A DNA stretch of 64,000 bases from NCBI GenBank assembly GCA_051418015.1, contig JBPRGF010000023.1:172127-236126 (forward strand), given 5' to 3'. Made by a program: the position numbers and the translations under genes. How positions within the stretch are numbered: position 1 is the first letter of the stretch; the number at the start of each line of letters is the position of its first letter. This DNA is from Candidatus Nitrospinota bacterium M3_3B_026 (GTDB lineage Bacteria; Nitrospinota_A; UBA7883; JBPRGF01). This document shows, one piece after another, positions 38,780-47,188 of this stretch. The notes beneath the pieces are model-generated. The model searched no databases. It was not told where the DNA came from and saw only the letters and a list, made by a program, of their open reading frames with translations.

Positions 38780-39595
38780 TTAGGAGGCTTGCGCGCCCCT
38801 CGCGCGGCCTGAGTGGCGGGAGAAAAGATGGGCTATCCTGCCCCGCAACAGGTAAACGACAGTGGCCACTATCAGGATGTACTGCAAAATGACTGCGAAG
38901 ACAAACGTGTAATCGACCTTGTAGGTCTTGGTGACGGGATCGTAGTTCGAGCAGTAGATCAACAGCTTTGACAGGGCGCTGGTCATCCTCCCCTGCGCCG
39001 TGCGGCCGGCGAGGACATCCCGGACGGCGTTCTCCACTTCCGCGGGATCGTAGTCCACTCCGTAGAAATGCCTGGCGACGGAGCCGTCGGGCGCGACGAG
39101 GGTGAGGCGGTTCAGGTGATCGAGGCTGTCCGCCTTCTTCTCGTAGGAAAAGCCGAGGTCCGACACCATCATCCCCAGCGTCTCGTCGTCGGTGGTCGTG
39201 AATATCCATCTTTCGAAATTGTCCGCGAAAGCCGCGCCGTACTCCCTGAGCCTGGCGGGGTTGTCGTTATGGTTGTCGATGCTTATCGACAGCGTCATCA
39301 GCTTCCCGGCGACGGCCGGGTCGATGGCCGCCAACATGTTTTTAAGGCTCTCGTTTATGAGCCAGCAAGGGCCGTGGCAGTCCACGTACATGAAGCTTAC
39401 GAGGACGGGCCTGCCTTTCAGGCTGTGGAACGGGAGGTAGTCCCCGTCCTGCGTAATAAGCCTGTAGTTTCGCACCTTCCGCCCCACCGCCAGCTCCGAG
39501 CGCTCCAGGACCGAAGCCCCAGGCGCGGCCGGCGCCGTGGCGGAAAGCGGCGAAACGATCAGAACAACCGCTAATACCAGCGCACGTTTCAGCAT
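38780..39595 (-). CDS. SCO1/SenC family copper chaperone (thioredoxin-like)
   Basis: 271 aa. Signal peptide, CHGPC (CxxxC) motif, and a C-terminal TM segment. Confidence 0.7.
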   Translation of the reverse strand: MLKRALVLAVVLIVSPLSATAPAAPGASVLERSELAVGRKVRNYRLITQDGDYLPFHSLKGRPVLVSFMYVDCHGPCWLINESLKNMLAAIDPAVAGKLMTLSISIDNHNDNPARLREYGAAFADNFERWIFTTTDDETLGMMVSDLGFSYEKKADSLDHLNRLTLVAPDGSVARHFYGVDYDPAEVENAVRDVLAGRTAQGRMTSALSKLLIYCSNYDPVTKTYKVDYTFVFAVILQYILIVATVVYLLRGRIAHLFSRHSGRARGAQAS

Positions 39596-39685
39596 GGGGT
39601 AAAGGCCGCTCCCCTTAAAAACCGCCGCGGCTCCGGGCCGGTGGTGTTACCCCCGCCGGAGCCGCGGCTCCCCTCTCTAAGCGCG

Positions 39686-39814
39686 TCAACCCACCTTCCA
39701 TACTCCTACAAGATACTTCCAGTTGAGGAAGTAGAAGGCCACGAACGTAATGAAAAATATGATGATGATGGCGAACGAGCCTTTCGGCCTGTGTTCGTCT
39801 CTCTCTTCAACCAT
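39686..39814 (-). CDS. small single-TM membrane peptide (42 aa), candidate oxidase accessory subunit
   Basis: Not in the ORF track. ATG is preceded by AGGAGG at -5. MVEERDEHRPKGSFAIIIIFFITFVAFYFLNWKYLVGVWKVG. Lies between SCO1 and subunit I. Confidence 0.45.
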   Translation of the reverse strand: MVEERDEHRPKGSFAIIIIFFITFVAFYFLNWKYLVGVWKVG

Positions 39815-39844
39815 GATGACACCTCCTATGCTAAAAAGGCCCTG

Positions 39845-41365
39845 TCAAGCCTCGATCTTTTTGCCGACTAGCAGCGTCCCGACGGCCACCAACACATACA
39901 TGGCGCCGCCCAGCACCGCTATGACGCCGCCGATGCCCACGATCGCCATCGAAAGGTCCACGATGGGCCCGAAGTTGACGGCGAAGGGCGAATCCGCCCC
40001 GGTCATGTCCCAGCTTCTCCTGGGCACGCCGAACACCCCGGCGAACATCATGAAGATGCACAGCAGGTACATCCCTATGCCATAGACGTAGGGCTGGGCC
40101 TTGGCTATGCCCTTGAAGGCCACCTCGCGCCTGAATATGAGAGGCAGCACGTAGTAGGTCACGCCCATGAAGGCCATCGTCGTGCCCGCCACCACTGTGG
40201 CGTGGAAATGGCCGGGGACGCGGATGGTGTTGTGGACGACTATGTTCAGCTGCTCCGTGCCGTATATGACGCCGGAGATGCCTCCCAGGAAGCCGAAGCC
40301 CACCATCGAGAACCACAGCGAGGACCATCCCGGATCGCCCCACGGGGCCTTCTTGAGCCACTCGAAAAGACCGGCGGTGTAGCCCTTCTTCCTGAGCGCC
40401 ACCTCCGTCGCCGCCGGCACGGAGAAGGCGTGGATCATCGAGGCCAGCACAGCAAGGTGCATGAAGTACCCCGTGTTCCACGACTTGTGCGCCGCCGAGA
40501 GGCCCGGGTCGACCAGCAGGTGGTGCTCCGAGGCTATCAGGATGAACAAGATGTAAAGGCCGAAAGCGATGCGGCTGACCTTCTCGTTGATCGGCGTGGA
40601 GCCGACCGTCAATGTCCCCAGAAGGTACCAGACAGCCACCATGGCGCAGACGTTTATCTGCTGCGACGAGTGGCCGAAGCCCCAGAACAGCAGCCTGTAG
40701 ACCTCCGCGTCCATCATGGGGATGAGCCCCAGGGCCCACAGCCACGTGGGGATAAAAGTGGCCGCTCCATGCGCCAGGGTCAGTATGGCGATGATCGCCG
40801 CCGCCATGGCCCCGAAGGTCACAAGCGGGACGGAGCCTTCGTAGGTCTTGTCCCTCTTGGCCACCGCCAGCGTGGCGAAAAAGACCACGCAACCCACGAT
40901 GGCGCCCACGGCGAAGAGTATCACGCCGAGGTAGTACCAATGGTCGGCCTTCAAGGGGATGTACGAGGTGAACATCACGTCCGCCTTGCCGAGCAGTATC
41001 TCCACCGCCGCTATTGCGGCTCCGCCCAGCATCAGCAGATACGCCAGCCACCCGGCCCATGGCGCGGCCAGCCTGGTGTTCAGCAACACCGCGGACGCGA
41101 AGTAGAGCACAGCTATCTCGAAGAAGATGATCCACGCCACCAGCATGGCGATCCCGTGCAGGGTCAGCAGCCGGTAGAACCACTCGTCATTGAGTATGTG
41201 CACGGCCTGCCACCTGGTGAGGACCATGAACAGCCCGATTATCCCCCCCACGAGGAGGAACACGATCGAAGTCACCGCGTTGACCTGTATCAGGGTCTGC
41301 GCGGGAAGGTGTATCTTGAAACCGGTTGTCGGACAGGTTCTGAACCGTCCTTCTTGCTCCGCCAT
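39845..41365 (-). CDS. heme-copper oxidoreductase superfamily subunit I (12+ TM), possibly a nitric oxide reductase
   Basis: All six canonical His are present: helix II (LTLHGIAM), helix VI (GFGHSSQQ), helix VII (SEHH) and helix X (GHFHATV). There is no Tyr at H+4 in helix VI. Confidence 0.85.
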   Translation of the reverse strand: MAEQEGRFRTCPTTGFKIHLPAQTLIQVNAVTSIVFLLVGGIIGLFMVLTRWQAVHILNDEWFYRLLTLHGIAMLVAWIIFFEIAVLYFASAVLLNTRLAAPWAGWLAYLLMLGGAAIAAVEILLGKADVMFTSYIPLKADHWYYLGVILFAVGAIVGCVVFFATLAVAKRDKTYEGSVPLVTFGAMAAAIIAILTLAHGAATFIPTWLWALGLIPMMDAEVYRLLFWGFGHSSQQINVCAMVAVWYLLGTLTVGSTPINEKVSRIAFGLYILFILIASEHHLLVDPGLSAAHKSWNTGYFMHLAVLASMIHAFSVPAATEVALRKKGYTAGLFEWLKKAPWGDPGWSSLWFSMVGFGFLGGISGVIYGTEQLNIVVHNTIRVPGHFHATVVAGTTMAFMGVTYYVLPLIFRREVAFKGIAKAQPYVYGIGMYLLCIFMMFAGVFGVPRRSWDMTGADSPFAVNFGPIVDLSMAIVGIGGVIAVLGGAMYVLVAVGTLLVGKKIEA

Positions 41366-41378
41366 AAGCCCCCCCTAC

Positions 41379-41906
41379 CTATTCAACGTATATCTTGCCG
41401 AACATCAGGTGATGCCCGATGCCGCAGAACTCGTTGCAGATTATGGTGTACTCCCCGGCTTTCGTCGGCGTGATGGTCAGCACCGAGTCCCACCCGGGGA
41501 CGGCCTGGAAGTTCATGTTCAAAGGATAGATCGAAAAACCGTGGTTCACGTCCACGGAGGACAGATGCAGCCTGTAGGTCTGGCCCGCCTTGAGCTTCAG
41601 GATGGGGTCCCACGACCACTGGGCGGCTCTCATGAAGGCGTCGCTGTTGGGAGGAGGCTCCACGACCGGGATTCCTTCCTCCTCGCCCACCTTGTACTTC
41701 TCTATGAACTTATCGGTCAGGTTGTAGAAATCGTCGGTGGTGAGCTTGTAGTACTCCTGCGGCGGGTTCTGCTCCCCGATTATATGCCAGGCCGGCATAA
41801 TAAGTGTTATCAATATGCACCATATCAGCGCGATGGTGATCCATATCTTCTCCTCCGCATGGAGAGGACTGCGCCACCAGTGCCGCGCGGGCGAATGAAT
41901 GCTCAT
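41379..41906 (-). CDS. heme-copper oxidase subunit II with CuA site (cupredoxin), no cytochrome c domain
   Basis: N-terminal TM helices. CuA motif VNHGF...ICNEFCGIGHHLM (H-x35-CxExCGxxHxxM). Confidence 0.8.
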   Translation of the reverse strand: MSIHSPARHWWRSPLHAEEKIWITIALIWCILITLIMPAWHIIGEQNPPQEYYKLTTDDFYNLTDKFIEKYKVGEEEGIPVVEPPPNSDAFMRAAQWSWDPILKLKAGQTYRLHLSSVDVNHGFSIYPLNMNFQAVPGWDSVLTITPTKAGEYTIICNEFCGIGHHLMFGKIYVE

Positions 41907-41928
41907 GTCTTCCCCCCTTATTTAGTTT

Positions 41929-42132
41929 TCACCCTTTGACCAAAGGAGACGTGGCGACGCTGCCCAACTCCACAAGTCCCCAGACGGTGTACAACAGCAG
42001 GAAAATCGCCGCCCCGAGGAAAAACAGCAGATACACGTCATCGAAAAACACCTGCCAGAAAGATACCGGCTCCTCTTCCCGCGCCTCTTCTTGTTCCATA
42101 TGACTTCCCCCCTTTAATCTAAGGTTCGCCAA
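41929..42132 (-). CDS. small membrane protein (first gene of oxidase operon)
   Basis: 67 aa with one TM helix. Possibly starts at the internal MEQEE. Confidence 0.35.
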   Translation of the reverse strand: MANLRLKGGSHMEQEEAREEEPVSFWQVFFDDVYLLFFLGAAIFLLLYTVWGLVELGSVATSPLVKG

Positions 42133-42263
42133 AGATGAGGATCACGCCTGTAGCGCCGGCTCCGTCGCCGGGTACCGCGCCGCGCGCCGCGATCACGCTC
42201 AAACCGGCGCTCATGCGCCACGCTCTTACCGCGTTTTTATATCGGCAACCATCGGTAAAAGCT

Positions 42264-42277
42264 ATGATAAAAGTCAT
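42264..42277. promoter_or_regulatory. FNR/Dnr(Crp-Fnr family)-type palindrome
   Basis: ATGATaaaagTCAT, versus the consensus TTGAT-N4-ATCAA. Lies in the divergent intergenic region, about 130 nt upstream of the oxidase operon. Confidence 0.35.
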
Positions 42278-42529
42278 AAACAACAGACGCATTTCATTAC
42301 CATCCGCGACGCTCTGGCTATATGCCTGCGGCGCCCCGTAAGCGCCGGGACGCTCTGGCGAACACCCTGGAAAACCGTCGGCGCCAAGGAAAGCAAAACG
42401 CTTCGCCCGAAGAAAATAATTTCGCGCGGAGGGCGCAATTTTTTTCCAGGCCACCGCGGAATCTTCAGCAACCGCCGAGAATCCAAAAAGTTACATCATG
42501 AAAAATTCCGCAAGATACTTTTCAAATGT

Positions 42530-42543
42530 ATGACTTTAATCAT
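42530..42543. promoter_or_regulatory. FNR/Dnr-type palindrome upstream of nirS
   Basis: ATGACtttaATCAT, centred 77 nt upstream of the nirS ATG. This is consistent with a -41.5 class II site. Confidence 0.45.
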
Positions 42544-42613
42544 ATCGTCCGGCCGGAGTCCCGTTTATAAACGGTATTAAGCAGCGAATAAGACTTTTTT
42601 TTGGGGGGGACAC

Positions 42614-44218
42614 ATGAAAAGATATTTCTTTCTGTTCGCGCTGAGTCTTGCGTTAATCACCACGTTTTACACGCCACAAGCCCTGGCGGAGCCCGAAGCG
42701 CCACCGTTGAACCAGGATGAATGGCACATCGCCAAGAGCATCTACTTCAACAGGTGCGCCGGCTGCCACGGCACCCTGAGGAAAGGCGCCACGGGGCCCA
42801 ACCTCCTTCCGGAGAAGACCCTCGAATTCGGCACGGAGACCATCAGGAGCTTCATTATGGAGGGGACCGAGGGGGGCATGCCGGCCTTCGGCAGGGGCGG
42901 AATCCTGACGCCGGAGGAGGTCGACATCATGGCCAGGTTCGTCCAGCATGACCCCGTGGCCCCGCCGGAGATGTCGCTGGCGGACATGATGGAAAGCTGG
43001 AACCTTGTCGTGCCGCCGAACAAGAGGCCGAAAAAGCCGGCCCACAACAGGAACTGGCAGAACTTCTTCGGCGTGGTCCTGCGCGACGCTGGCCAGGTGG
43101 CCATCATCGACGGCGACACCAAGGAGAAGGTATCCACCGTCAACACAGGCTTCGCGGTGCACATCCTGCGCGCCTCGGCGTCGGGCCGGTATATCTTCTC
43201 AATCGGCCGCGACGGCAAGGCGACCATGATCGACACCTGGATGAAAAAGCCGTCCATCGTGGCCGAGGTCAAGACCTGCTCCGAGGCCCGCTCCATCGAC
43301 ACCAGCAAATACGAAGGCTACGAGGACAAGTACGCCGTGGTGGGCTGCTACTGGCCGCCGCACTTCGTCGTCCTGAACGGCGCCACGCTGGAGCCGATGA
43401 AAATCGTCAGCACCAGAAGCTACACCTACGACTCGTATGAGTACCATCCCGAGCCCCGCGTGGCGGCGATCGTCTCCTCGCACTACAGCCCGGAGTGGGT
43501 CCTGAACGTCAAGGAGACGGGCTACGTCTGGCTGGTCGATTACTCCGATATCGAGAACATGAAGATCACCCAGATCGAGTCTGAGCGCTTCCTTCACGAC
43601 GGGGGCTGGGACGCCAAGCACCGCTACTTCATGGCGGCGGCGAACATGCGCGACACCATGGTTGTCATAGACACCAAGACCAGGAAGAAGGTGGCGCAGT
43701 TCAAGGTCGGCACCAAGCCGCACCCGGGCCGCGGCGGAAACTGGGTCGACCCGAAATACGGCCCCGTCTCGGGCACGGTGCACCTCGGCGAGGGACTGCT
43801 CTCGGTGTGGGGGTCCGACCCTGAGGGTCACCCGGAACACGCCTGGAAGGTCGTGAGAAGCATCGAGCTTCCCGGCGGCGCCGGCAGCCTGTTCATGAAG
43901 ACCCACCCCAAGAGCAAACACATGTGGATGGACTTCACCCTGAACCCGGACCCGAAGAACCATCGCAGCGTATGCGTGATGGACATCAACAAGCCTAACA
44001 CCAAGGACCTGAACTGTTTCCAGGTGACCGACCACGGACGCGTCGTGCACATGGAGTACAACAAGAAAGGGGACGAGGTGTGGCTGAGCGTCTGGGACAA
44101 GGAGGGCGAGCTGGTCATCTACGACGACAGGACCCTGAAGGTCAAGAAGAGGATCAAGGGTCTTCGCACTCCCACGGGCAAGTTCAACGTGTACAACACG
44201 CAGCACGACATCTACTGA
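42614..44218 (+). CDS. nirS: cytochrome cd1 nitrite reductase
   Basis: 534 aa. Signal peptide, haem c site IYFNRCAGCHGTLRKGATG, a d1 beta-propeller, and a C-terminus FNVYNTQHDIY near-identical to Pseudomonas NirS. Confidence 0.92.
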   Translation: MKRYFFLFALSLALITTFYTPQALAEPEAPPLNQDEWHIAKSIYFNRCAGCHGTLRKGATGPNLLPEKTLEFGTETIRSFIMEGTEGGMPAFGRGGILTPEEVDIMARFVQHDPVAPPEMSLADMMESWNLVVPPNKRPKKPAHNRNWQNFFGVVLRDAGQVAIIDGDTKEKVSTVNTGFAVHILRASASGRYIFSIGRDGKATMIDTWMKKPSIVAEVKTCSEARSIDTSKYEGYEDKYAVVGCYWPPHFVVLNGATLEPMKIVSTRSYTYDSYEYHPEPRVAAIVSSHYSPEWVLNVKETGYVWLVDYSDIENMKITQIESERFLHDGGWDAKHRYFMAAANMRDTMVVIDTKTRKKVAQFKVGTKPHPGRGGNWVDPKYGPVSGTVHLGEGLLSVWGSDPEGHPEHAWKVVRSIELPGGAGSLFMKTHPKSKHMWMDFTLNPDPKNHRSVCVMDINKPNTKDLNCFQVTDHGRVVHMEYNKKGDEVWLSVWDKEGELVIYDDRTLKVKKRIKGLRTPTGKFNVYNTQHDIY

Positions 44219-44301
44219 TGGCAAGCGCGCGGTAACACCGTTGAGGGCGCCCCGGCGCGGCGGCAAGCCCCCGGGGCGCCCCGAATTAAAAGAGGCGCAT
44301 T

Positions 44302-46017
44302 ATGACCTCGCCATCCATGACGCGGATCGCGGCTCTCATCCTTGCGCCGGTGTTTATCTCCGGCCCCGGATCGGCCTTCGCCGAAACTTCCGCGAAGAAC
44401 CTCTATGGGGAGCATTGCGCGAGCTGCCATCACCCGAAAAGGCTGGGGCTCACGGCCCCTCCCTTGATACCGGGTCTTTTTTCAAGAAGCGCCAAGGGCC
44501 GCCTGCCCCAAATAATCCGCGACGGGCTTCCGGCCACGCGGATGCCGGCTTTCGGCGGCGAGCTTTCTGATGAACAGATAAAACTTCTGGCGGAACTCAT
44601 ACAAGAACCGGCGAAGGAGTTGGACTGGACTTTTGAGGACATACGGTCTAGCAAGATTGACATTGACGAGCCTGGAAAAGTTTTAAGAGCCGACATCGAG
44701 AATATAACGCTGGTCATGGAGCGCGGGACGCAGAGCCTCGTCGTTCTGGACGGCGCGGATTTCAGCGAGCTCGGCAGGTTCCACGTGGGCGCCGTCCACG
44801 GCGGGCCGAAGTTTTCGTATTCCCTGGATCGTGTGTACGCCCTTGCCAGGGACGGGATACTGACAAGCTATAATCTGAGAGCCCTTTCCGCCGAGACCAG
44901 GCTCAAGGCGGGGATAAACTCCCGCTCCGTCGCCGTATCAAGCGGCGACAAAACGGTGGCCGTGGCCAATTACCTTCCGTCCAACGTCGTCCTTTTCGAC
45001 AAAGACCTGGAGCCCGTCGGCGAGATACCACTGCCCGGAAAGGCGGGGGGGTTCTACTCGCTGCCGTCCCTGAAAAGCTTCGCCCTGTCGTTCAGGGAGA
45101 TTCCGGAACTCTGGATAATCGGCGAGAGCCCGCCTTTCGAGATCGAAAAACGAAAGCTGCCCGAGGCTTTCCAGGATTTTTCGGTCAGTCCCGTCAAGCC
45201 TTACATAATCGGGACGAAACGGGGCGGCGATCATATGTACATCTACGACTACATGGAGGACAGGATACTCAAAAAGATCCCCACCAGCGGCCTGCCGCAC
45301 CTGGCCTCGGCCGCGTTCTACATACACAAGGGCGAGCTTTTCGCCGGGGTCAACCACATAAAAAAGCCAGCGGCCACGATCATATCCCTCGACCGGCTCG
45401 ACAAGGTGGCCGAGATACCCCTTCCCGGCGCGGGCTTTTTCGTCCGGACGCATCATGCCACGCCGTACCTGTGGATAGATACCGAGACGGAGCGGATCGC
45501 CCTCGTGAACAAGGACGACTTCTCCGATATCCGCTACCTGACGCCCCACGAGGGGCGCAAGGCGATGCACGTGGAATTCACCAAGGAGGGCGCCCGCGCC
45601 CTGGTCACCATCCCGGGCAGGGGCGGCGAGGTGGTCATATACGACGCGAAGACCCTGGAAAAGATCAACGCCATCCCCTTCGAACGGCCCGTCGGCAAGT
45701 ACAACGCCACGAACAAGACGTACCCGGGCAGATCGCTCGCGGCGCGGAAGGCGGATGGGGCCAGCGCGGGCAAACAGGTCTTCGACAAATACTGCATGGG
45801 GTGCCACCACCAGGTCTACGAGGCGTTCGGGCCATCCTTCACCCGGATAGCCAGGGAGAGGGGCGCGGCAAGGATAAAGTTTCACATCCTGTCGCCCGAG
45901 GCCAGCGCAAAGACCCTGGGGTACAAGAGAAACTCCATGCCCAGGATAAAACTTTCGCCGGAGCAGCTGGAGGCGATAGTCAGATACATAAAAAGCTTCG
46001 GCCAGACGGGGGGATAA
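44302..46017 (+). CDS. nirN: cd1-family beta-propeller protein with N- and C-terminal c-type cytochrome domains (NirN-like fused to a NirC-like cytochrome c)
   Basis: 571 aa. Signal peptide. CASCHH at the N-terminus, a d1-type propeller, and a second CMGCHH motif in a C-terminal domain of about 90 aa. Confidence 0.65.
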   Translation: MTSPSMTRIAALILAPVFISGPGSAFAETSAKNLYGEHCASCHHPKRLGLTAPPLIPGLFSRSAKGRLPQIIRDGLPATRMPAFGGELSDEQIKLLAELIQEPAKELDWTFEDIRSSKIDIDEPGKVLRADIENITLVMERGTQSLVVLDGADFSELGRFHVGAVHGGPKFSYSLDRVYALARDGILTSYNLRALSAETRLKAGINSRSVAVSSGDKTVAVANYLPSNVVLFDKDLEPVGEIPLPGKAGGFYSLPSLKSFALSFREIPELWIIGESPPFEIEKRKLPEAFQDFSVSPVKPYIIGTKRGGDHMYIYDYMEDRILKKIPTSGLPHLASAAFYIHKGELFAGVNHIKKPAATIISLDRLDKVAEIPLPGAGFFVRTHHATPYLWIDTETERIALVNKDDFSDIRYLTPHEGRKAMHVEFTKEGARALVTIPGRGGEVVIYDAKTLEKINAIPFERPVGKYNATNKTYPGRSLAARKADGASAGKQVFDKYCMGCHHQVYEAFGPSFTRIARERGAARIKFHILSPEASAKTLGYKRNSMPRIKLSPEQLEAIVRYIKSFGQTGG

Positions 46018-46018
46018 G

Positions 46019-47188
46019 ATGTTCAGACTAAGCCATTATTACAACATAGCTGAAGGGCGCGCGGGCCGCGGCGGAAAGTCCCATGGCGCCAGATGCGGCG
46101 GGAAGCCGATCGTGATATGGAACCTCACGAGGACATGCAACCTCTCGTGCGTCCATTGCTACGCCTCGTCGAAGGCGCGCGGCTACAGCAGGGAGCTTTC
46201 CACGGAGCAGGCCGTCTCGGTCATGGACGGCCTTTACGCCGCCGGGGTGAGAACGGTCATCCTCTCCGGCGGCGAGCCGATGATCCGCGGGGATATCCTT
46301 AACCTTGCCGCAAGCGCTAAAGAAAAAGGCTTCATGACCTCCATCTCCACCAACGGCACACTTATAGGAGAGAAGGAGGCGGACAGGATAGCCGCCGCGG
46401 GGCTGGACTACGTCGGCGTGAGCCTGGACGGCATCGGCGAGACCCACGACCGCGTCCGGGGCGTCGAAGGCTCTTTCGAGCAGGCCGTGGCGGGGCTTTT
46501 CAGGCTGGCGGAGCGGGGGGTAAAATGCGGCGTGCGTTTCACGCTGACGAGGATGAACATGAACGACCTGCCGGCGATCTTCGAGTTCGCCGAGAAGAAC
46601 GGGATAGGGAAAATATATTTATCACACCTCGTCTACTCCGGCAGGGGTGGCGTCAATCGGGGGGAGGACGTCACCCCGGCTGAGACGAGGGAAGCGATGG
46701 ATTACGTTTTCAGCAAGGCGCGGGAGTACACGCGGCGCGGGCGCGGGCCGCAGATCGTCACCGGGAACAACGACGCCGACGCCGCGTACCTGCTCCTGCG
46801 TCTCATGGAGGGGAGCCCGGAGGGGGCCGAGCGGCTCCTGCCGGTGATGGAGAGGTTCGGCGGGGCCAACGCCGGGGTGGGGGTCGCGAACATAGACCCC
46901 ACCGGTGAGGTCCACCCCGATCCTCTCATGTCCTCCGTGAACCTGGGGAACGTCACCGAAAAATCTTTCGGTGAGATATGGCATGACTCCGAAAACCCCG
47001 TCCTGAAAAGGCTCCGGGCGAGGCCCCGCGTCTTCAACGGCCGGTGCGGACGGTGCGCCTGGCTGAAGGTGTGCGGCGGCTCCTGCCGCGTCCGGGCTCT
47101 GCGGATGACGGGGGACATGTGGGGTCACGACCCCGCCTGCTACCTTACCGACGAGGAAACCCAGGTTGAGCTTGCGCAGGCTGTATAG
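46019..47188 (+). CDS. nirJ: haem d1 biosynthesis radical SAM protein
   Basis: 389 aa. CNLSCVHCY radical SAM cluster plus a C-terminal SPASM-like Cys cluster (CGRCAWLKVCGGSC). Lies in the nir context. Confidence 0.8.
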   Translation: MFRLSHYYNIAEGRAGRGGKSHGARCGGKPIVIWNLTRTCNLSCVHCYASSKARGYSRELSTEQAVSVMDGLYAAGVRTVILSGGEPMIRGDILNLAASAKEKGFMTSISTNGTLIGEKEADRIAAAGLDYVGVSLDGIGETHDRVRGVEGSFEQAVAGLFRLAERGVKCGVRFTLTRMNMNDLPAIFEFAEKNGIGKIYLSHLVYSGRGGVNRGEDVTPAETREAMDYVFSKAREYTRRGRGPQIVTGNNDADAAYLLLRLMEGSPEGAERLLPVMERFGGANAGVGVANIDPTGEVHPDPLMSSVNLGNVTEKSFGEIWHDSENPVLKRLRARPRVFNGRCGRCAWLKVCGGSCRVRALRMTGDMWGHDPACYLTDEETQVELAQAV

